Assembly (NCBI RefSeq): GCF_000195575.1
Contig: NC_015391.1
Coordinates: 1,576,363-1,600,362, forward strand
DNA from: Carnobacterium sp. 17-4
Lineage (GTDB): Bacteria > Bacillota > Bacilli > Lactobacillales > Carnobacteriaceae
Length of the DNA stretch: 24,000 bases
Reading direction: 5' to 3'
Shown: positions 17,989 through 24,000 of the stretch, in pieces
How the letters are laid out: the number at the start of each line of letters is the position of its first letter
Position numbering within the stretch: position 1 is the first letter of the stretch
Translations under genes and position numbers: made by a program
Notes under the pieces: model-generated
What the model was told of the DNA's origin: nothing
Database searches by the model: none
What the model saw: only the letters and a program-made list of their open reading frames with translations

Positions 17989-19155
17989 TCAAGTTTCAAT
18001 CACCATCGTTTTTTTTAATGACAATTTTTTTTGTGCAATGATATTGCCTAAAAGCAATGCAGTATAATTAAATTCAATATTGAGAGGTATTCCCTCTGTT
18101 AATCCATACACAAAAAAAGTAAAAATGAGAAGTATTGCAATTTCATTTTTTTCGTTAAATAATTTTTTTATTAGCTTAGTGTACAATACTATATAAATTA
18201 TTGTAAAAACTACACCCTGGGAAATCAATAAATTAAAATATACATTATCCAATATGTATGCACGTTGATTAGTCAATAATGCGTCTATAGTACTTAGCCT
18301 ATTTGTGGGTTGACCTAAAATAGATAATCCATAAGTGTTCCAATAATATGCAGCACTTCTAATTCTACCCGTAATCATAGTATCTAATATATAAACTAAA
18401 CTACTAGAATTGTTATACGCATAAACTAAAAAGTAAGTTGAAAGAGTAAAAATTGAAATAGAATACGTAATGATAATCCTTATTATTTTTGATTTATTTA
18501 AAATATTAAATTTCTTTTGCAAGAAAATTAATATGGATAAACAAATGAATACAATCATTCCCGTTCGGCTGCTAGTAATATTAGAAAACACTCCTAAAAA
18601 AAAATTTAGAATTAAAAGGGTTTTAAAATTTAATTTATTGTACCTTAAAACTATTATATCTATTGCGATAATAAATACATGCATAAATAAAGTATTAGGA
18701 TGTGCATATCCTAAAGAATGTCTTATACTACTGACTCCTTCATCAATACGATATAAATTATATTCTTCTATTATGCCTAATAAAAATAATGTTATCGTGA
18801 TAAATAAACCACTAAACCTAAAAAAAACATCTAAGTAAGCTATCTTTTCTAATTTAATATTTTTTGAAGCAATAACTGCTACAGTAAAATAAAGCAATGA
18901 AATAGATTTTGTTTGATAAAATACTATCACTATTATAATAACTATTATTAATTTTTTAATAATAGTTTTAGGTGTAGTTTTCTGTAAAAATAGAGTACTT
19001 ATAAACAATAACACTGAAATTATTTTTGTTGCATAAAATAATCGAGATTCTATGTTCACAATTAATGAAGATGATATAACCATCATAGCGTAAGCAGAAT
19101 AAAATAAAATATTCTCATTAGTTATAGTTCGATTTTTTGTTATTTTATTGATCAT
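17989..19155 (-). CDS. wzy: Wzy-type repeat-unit polymerase / O-antigen-ligase-like membrane protein
   Basis: 388 aa, about 10 TM segments, with a loop containing RHSLGYAHPNTLFMH, typical of Wzy_C-like proteins. Locus context supports the call. Confidence 0.65.
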   Translation of the reverse strand: MINKITKNRTITNENILFYSAYAMMVISSSLIVNIESRLFYATKIISVLLFISTLFLQKTTPKTIIKKLIIVIIIVIVFYQTKSISLLYFTVAVIASKNIKLEKIAYLDVFFRFSGLFITITLFLLGIIEEYNLYRIDEGVSSIRHSLGYAHPNTLFMHVFIIAIDIIVLRYNKLNFKTLLILNFFLGVFSNITSSRTGMIVFICLSILIFLQKKFNILNKSKIIRIIITYSISIFTLSTYFLVYAYNNSSSLVYILDTMITGRIRSAAYYWNTYGLSILGQPTNRLSTIDALLTNQRAYILDNVYFNLLISQGVVFTIIYIVLYTKLIKKLFNEKNEIAILLIFTFFVYGLTEGIPLNIEFNYTALLLGNIIAQKKLSLKKTMVIET

Positions 19156-19304
19156 ACATATTACACCACTTTATATTTTTTTGACTTTCAAACTTTTCCG
19201 TACCTCATTTTAATAATACAAGTACTAATTTTTGAGTCAGAGTTAGTAACTATTCAGGTACATTATCCTAGGTAAGAGTTTGGCGATTTTTTCAACTTTT
19301 TTAA

Positions 19305-20435
19305 TTAAATACTAGCATCCATATTAATAATCATTTTTTCACATATGCTATCCCACAAATATTTATCTTTGACAGTTTCATGAGCACTTTCTCCCATTTT
19401 ACCCCGAATTTCTTTATTTTCAAGAAGGTTTATTGTACTATTTACCCACTTTGTAATATCAAACTCATTCTCAATTATTCCATTATATCCACTTTTTATT
19501 AATGTTCCGGATCCTCCATTCAAACTGGAGATAACTGGAGTCCTAAAATACATTGATTCTAACATAACCATACCAAAAATTTCCTGTGTAGATGGCAACA
19601 AAAATATTTCTGCTAATGGATATATGTTTTTTAACTGACCGTTTTCTATAAAATCAAAAATAATTACAGATTTTTTTTCATCACTTGATAAATCAATTAA
19701 ACAACTATCTATATATCTTTTATTGCCTTTTCCGATAATTATTAATTGAAGATCTTTATAGTTTTTAGTTTGTTTTATTTTTTGAAAAACTTTAATAAGA
19801 AAGCCAAAATTTTTTCTTTCTATCAAACTTCCTACATATAATAAATTTCTCTTATTAATCATTTTATTGATTAATTTTTTAGTCTCTTCATTAACTTTAT
19901 TTTCCATTTCATACTTTTTAATGTCCAACCCTACTCCTATAACTAATGAATCATTTAATCCTTTGTTATCTAAATATACTTTAGATAACTCAGATTTAAC
20001 AAAAGTTTTTTTTACATTTTTTTTTAACATACCGATAAATAATTTATCGTAAACTTTTTCTACAAATGGTATTTTAAACAAATTATAATATGGACCATTA
20101 TATAAATATACATCTTTTTTTAAATAACTTATCAAAATAGACATTATCTGACTATATTCTGACACTATGACAATATCATATTGAGATAAAAAATCTTTAT
20201 TTAATATTTGAGGATAAATTCCACTTCTTAAGATTTTAATCCCTTTTCTCCATAATATTCGTATACTATTATTACCTACTTTTATCAATTGATCTTTATT
20301 CTCTTTGCTATAATATACTACATCACAATCATAGCCTTTCTTACAAAAGGCAGTAGCCAAACCAATTTCCTGTAAGTTATAATTATTAAAATCTAATTCA
20401 TATGGGCCACTACGCACATATAATAATTTTTTCAT
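19305..20435 (-). CDS. Glycosyltransferase family 4 (GT-B, retaining)
   Basis: 376 aa. The C-terminal EX7E-type region reads PSTQEIFGMVMLESMYFRTPVISSLNGG. Confidence 0.8.
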   Translation of the reverse strand: MKKLLYVRSGPYELDFNNYNLQEIGLATAFCKKGYDCDVVYYSKENKDQLIKVGNNSIRILWRKGIKILRSGIYPQILNKDFLSQYDIVIVSEYSQIMSILISYLKKDVYLYNGPYYNLFKIPFVEKVYDKLFIGMLKKNVKKTFVKSELSKVYLDNKGLNDSLVIGVGLDIKKYEMENKVNEETKKLINKMINKRNLLYVGSLIERKNFGFLIKVFQKIKQTKNYKDLQLIIIGKGNKRYIDSCLIDLSSDEKKSVIIFDFIENGQLKNIYPLAEIFLLPSTQEIFGMVMLESMYFRTPVISSLNGGSGTLIKSGYNGIIENEFDITKWVNSTINLLENKEIRGKMGESAHETVKDKYLWDSICEKMIINMDASI

Positions 20436-20456
20436 GACGTTGTATCTACTCCAATC

Positions 20457-21107
20457 CTACTCTCTCCTTGTAATAATCTTACTTCTTTTATCCTTTACAA
20501 TACTTTTAGCTGGAATGTCTTTTGCTACCAGAGTTCCTGCAGCTATTACGCTACCTTTTCCAATTGTTACTCCATCCAATATAATAACACCACTACCAAT
20601 CCAACAGTCATCTTCAATAGTAATCCCTTTTCTATTAATACCTTGGAATTTTATACTAGTTTCAGAATCAGAAAAATTATGATTCTCAGCAAATAAGCTT
20701 ACCCTAGGCCCTAACATAACATTATCACCAATTCTAACCATACCTGCACATCCTATATAACAAAAAGGTCCCAATGAAGAATTATTTCCTATGAAGAATC
20801 CCTCGCCTATCTCCCCGCTCCCATAGTAACTTGATGGTCTAATCATTGCAGTATTGCCTATTGTTACATTACTACCAATAACTATACCATTTATGCTCAA
20901 TCCTTGAATCTCACTATTTCTTTCAAATTTAACATTCTTGCCAAGTGAAATATATTGTTTATTAAGAATTGAAATATTTCTTCCAATAAATAATAATCCC
21001 TTAGAACTTTTGAAAAAAGGTTTGAAAAATAAGCCCCTTACTAATTTAATACCAATGGAAAAAAAAATCTGTAGTTTATCCAGTAATAATAATCGTTTAT
21101 TAATCAT
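20457..21107 (-). CDS. Hexapeptide-repeat (left-handed beta-helix) O-acetyltransferase
   Basis: 216 aa with imperfect [LIV]-G-x4 repeats (IGSNVTIGNTAMI, IGDNVMLGPRV, IEDDCWIGSGVIILDGVTIGKGSVIAAGTLV). Confidence 0.8.
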   Translation of the reverse strand: MINKRLLLLDKLQIFFSIGIKLVRGLFFKPFFKSSKGLLFIGRNISILNKQYISLGKNVKFERNSEIQGLSINGIVIGSNVTIGNTAMIRPSSYYGSGEIGEGFFIGNNSSLGPFCYIGCAGMVRIGDNVMLGPRVSLFAENHNFSDSETSIKFQGINRKGITIEDDCWIGSGVIILDGVTIGKGSVIAAGTLVAKDIPAKSIVKDKRSKIITRRE

Positions 21108-21111
21108 GTAC

Positions 21112-22281
21112 TTATTTTTGCTCCTTTGCGACAGTCAAACAATCATATAATTCTTGAAAATTTTCAACATATGATTTAATTGAAAACATTTCAAGTTGTC
21201 TCTTTCTTGAATTTTCTCCCATTTTTTTTCTGAGCTGATGATCTTTAAGTAATATTTCAATTTTACTTGCTAAATCATCGGGATTATTAGCCTCTGCAAG
21301 TAAACCATTATATCCTTCCTCAACCATTTCACAAACTCCTCCATGCTTATAACCTATAATAGGCTTACCTGTAGCCATAGCTTCTAGGACTACAGTAGGT
21401 AGAGGATCTGGATTAGTACTTGGTAAAATCAACATATCATACAACTTATATATTCCTTTACTATCATTTCGGTAACCTTCAACAATAATTCTGTCATGAT
21501 AAGGTGATTCAGAAACATCTTTTTTTAATTGTTCCACGCGCCATTCTTCACCCTCAAATGCGCTTCCCACTAATATAGTATATACGTCAGAATATTTGCT
21601 CATTATTAGATTTGCAGCTTGAACAAAATCATTTTGGCCTTTCCAAGAGTTTACTCTTCCCATCATACCGATAATCTGTGAATTTTCAGGAATAGAAAAT
21701 TCTTTATACAGATATTTACTATCATTTGTTGGATTAAAATCTGTACTATTTACACCATTATAAATGACTTTTATGTTACCATTAAAAAATTCTGATGACT
21801 CTAAATGAAGTTTAACTGCATTAGAATCTGTAACTACAACTTTTGAGGTTTTTGCAATTATAAAACTTGTTAATTTAAATACAACTTTTGGTTTAACTAT
21901 AATTTCGTGGATATTCCATATTTGAGGTATTTTCATTTTTTTGCTAACATACACACCTTCCATAACAGCTGCTGTATTAGTATGTATAACATTTATATTT
22001 TTATTTTTCGCGATTTTTAAAAGTTGTTTAGAAAATTTTATATATTCAATTCCATATTTAATAATTCCTATTGGATTAAATATTTTTCTTCGCATAATAG
22101 GATAGGGTACAATTTTAACATTTATATTATTTTTTTTAAAAGCATCAACTAAAACACCATCACTAGGCAATATAACATATGGATTATACTTGCTTCTATC
22201 TAAATTTTTCACTAAATCTAGTAATACCTTATCCGCACCGTACATTTCAGCTCCTGCATGTAAGTATAAAATATTTATCAT
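21112..22281 (-). CDS. Glycosyltransferase family 4
   Basis: 389 aa. N-terminal MINILYLHAGAEMYGADK, and C-terminal PSTNPDPLPTVVLEAMATGKPIIGYKHGG (EX7E region). Confidence 0.8.
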   Translation of the reverse strand: MINILYLHAGAEMYGADKVLLDLVKNLDRSKYNPYVILPSDGVLVDAFKKNNINVKIVPYPIMRRKIFNPIGIIKYGIEYIKFSKQLLKIAKNKNINVIHTNTAAVMEGVYVSKKMKIPQIWNIHEIIVKPKVVFKLTSFIIAKTSKVVVTDSNAVKLHLESSEFFNGNIKVIYNGVNSTDFNPTNDSKYLYKEFSIPENSQIIGMMGRVNSWKGQNDFVQAANLIMSKYSDVYTILVGSAFEGEEWRVEQLKKDVSESPYHDRIIVEGYRNDSKGIYKLYDMLILPSTNPDPLPTVVLEAMATGKPIIGYKHGGVCEMVEEGYNGLLAEANNPDDLASKIEILLKDHQLRKKMGENSRKRQLEMFSIKSYVENFQELYDCLTVAKEQK

Positions 22282-22300
22282 AATACTGATATTCCTCCAT

Positions 22301-23515
22301 CTATGTTCTATTATTAATACTTAAAAATGCATTTTCATATTCTGACACAATTTTGCTCCAGCTGTATGAATCCTTAATACGTATTTTCGCTCTTTTTCCA
22401 ATTTTTTCAATTTCTGTTAAAGTCATTTTATCTGCTTTTTGAATTAAACTAGCTAAGTCCTTATTGTTTTTACTCCAATATATGGCCCCTTTTTCGCCAA
22501 CTTCATAATTAAATCCAACATCTAATAACAGGTTTAAATCAGTAATAGCAAGAGATTCCAATAAAGATGGATTTGTTCCTCCTACTTCATGACCATGTAA
22601 ATAACCAAAAGCATTTTCTCTTATTTTTTTTAAAAGTTCTTGATCATACACTGTGCCTGAAAATTTAATTCGCTTATCTCTATCAAAACTAGTAGATTTT
22701 TTTAACTTACTAAAAAAATCATTGTTTTCAATATTAGTTATCAATACAAAATCTTTTTCAGTATTAGACTTCATAAACTCGCGTATCATAGTTTCGTAAT
22801 TATTTTCTGGTACAAACCTTCCTACTACAAGATAGTAATGTTTTGGTATAATATTATTTTTTTTATACCAATCTATAAGTATTCTATTACTATTTTCCAA
22901 TTTTGATTTTTCAGTATCTGCCCCATATGCAATAAAACTTGTCTCAGGATTGTATTTTTTGTAATCATTTTTTATATATATTTCTATATTTTTGCTATCA
23001 CAAATAAGTAAATCTGCATGCTTTACCATAAGACGTTCTGAAAATTTCCAATATTTTCTTACTAGAAAGTTCCACTTAGCTCTTTTCCATTCATGTCCAT
23101 CTGGATTAACATAAATTTCGCCCCCAAATTTATTAATTTGTTTCTTATAATGACTAATGAAAGGTCCGATACGACAAGCTAAAATATAAATAATTGGTTT
23201 TTGTATATTCTTTTCTTTTATGTATTGTAAACAGTGTTTTAAAGATTTCAAATCATAAATAATAGCTTTAGCAGGGCCAATATCTGGAACCCCAATGTTA
23301 AAACAATCTGCATTATTATATTCAAAATTAGGTTCTAGAGTATTATAGTCCACTGAATTAACCATACAAGCTATATGATACTGAATATTCGAACTTTTTT
23401 TATAGTAAGTAAGATTTTCTACAAAAGATTCAAAACCACCATATTTTGCTGGTATTCCTTTCGATCCTATTATAAAAACATGTTGTTTTTTATTTTCATT
23501 ATTATTAAATACCAT
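22301..23515 (-). CDS. DUF1972-containing GT4 glycosyltransferase (WchF/RgpA-like, probable rhamnosyltransferase)
   Basis: 404 aa. The N-terminal HVFIIGSKGIPAKYGGFESFVENL is the DUF1972 signature. The C-terminal part has HGHEVGGTNPSLLESL. Its ATG overlaps the upstream epimerase gene by 11 nt. Confidence 0.7.
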   Translation of the reverse strand: MVFNNNENKKQHVFIIGSKGIPAKYGGFESFVENLTYYKKSSNIQYHIACMVNSVDYNTLEPNFEYNNADCFNIGVPDIGPAKAIIYDLKSLKHCLQYIKEKNIQKPIIYILACRIGPFISHYKKQINKFGGEIYVNPDGHEWKRAKWNFLVRKYWKFSERLMVKHADLLICDSKNIEIYIKNDYKKYNPETSFIAYGADTEKSKLENSNRILIDWYKKNNIIPKHYYLVVGRFVPENNYETMIREFMKSNTEKDFVLITNIENNDFFSKLKKSTSFDRDKRIKFSGTVYDQELLKKIRENAFGYLHGHEVGGTNPSLLESLAITDLNLLLDVGFNYEVGEKGAIYWSKNNKDLASLIQKADKMTLTEIEKIGKRAKIRIKDSYSWSKIVSEYENAFLSINNRT

Positions 23516-24000
23516 ACGTTTCCCTCATAAATTCTGCAGTTTTTTTAATTCCTTCTGTTAAATTAATTGTTTTGAATTCTCCATAATTCTCTTCATATTT
23601 ATCTATGTCTAACACATTAGTTGGTACATCAACTGACCTGCTCGCGATATATTCTACACTTGCTTCTAATTGTAGGACACTTTGAATCGAATCTATAACT
23701 TCTTTTATGCTTTTACCTATTCCTGAACCAAGGTTAAATACTCGATCTTTACTATTACCATTTGCAATATTTATAATTCCATTTATAGCATCATCAATGT
23801 AAATAAAGTCACGAACTACTGTACCATCCCCAAATACTTGAATTTTTTCACCTAGTAAAATTTTGTATATAAAAGTTGTAACCGCTCCTTGAACTCCATT
23901 AGGTTTCTGATAAGGCCCATAAGGGTTTGCTAATCTTATTACTCTATAATCTAATTTATATAAATAGTTATATAAGTAGAGAACTTTTTCAATGGCTAAC
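23505..24000 (-). CDS. NAD-dependent epimerase/dehydratase (GalE-like), C-terminal 165 codons; the 5' end lies outside the window
   Basis: The minus-strand frame is open from 23999 to a TAA at 23507-23505: ...RVIRLANPYGPYQKPNGVQGAVTTFIYKILLGEKIQVFGDGTVVRDFIYIDDAINGI...VFNLGSGIGKSIKEVI... These are typical SDR-epimerase C-terminal motifs. Confidence 0.75.
   Translation of the reverse strand, partial: LAIEKVLYLYNYLYKLDYRVIRLANPYGPYQKPNGVQGAVTTFIYKILLGEKIQVFGDGTVVRDFIYIDDAINGIINIANGNSKDRVFNLGSGIGKSIKEVIDSIQSVLQLEASVEYIASRSVDVPTNVLDIDKYEENYGEFKTINLTEGIKKTAEFMRETYGI

Overview
The window looks like chromosome from a low-GC Firmicute (Lactobacillales-style AGGAG ribosome-binding sites and AT-rich codon usage; the taxon is inference only). 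Almost everything is transcribed on the minus strand. I see four blocks.

1. **1-2355, tail of a PTS operon.** It holds a partial EIIB gene and an MtlR/LicR-type PRD regulator. The regulator's reading frame is broken inside an A10 homopolymer.
2. **About 2490-3400, a gene graveyard.** It contains a decayed amidase-like paralog and an aminotransferase (PatB/MalY-type C-S lyase) remnant that has lost its 5' part and has an internal deletion.
3. **3453-12217, the most interesting part.** This is a complete eight-gene homolog of the functionally unassigned E. coli php-yhfSTUWXYZ cluster, in a permuted order (U-T-php-S-Z-Y-X-W). It has its own promoter and leader. A compact amidase-signature gene is transcribed divergently from it and ends in a strong terminator.
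4. **12353-24000, polysaccharide genes.** A nonsense-riddled ywqE/cpsB tyrosine-phosphatase pseudogene comes first. A Wzx/Wzy-dependent, rhamnose-containing, probably O-acetylated polysaccharide locus follows, read on the minus strand as: epimerase, three glycosyltransferases plus an acetyltransferase, wzy, wzx, rmlACBD. Its serotype-specific part is markedly AT-rich.

I recognised no rRNA, tRNA, CRISPR array, transposase or integrase. All homology statements come from reading the translations and recalling the families from memory. No searches were run.
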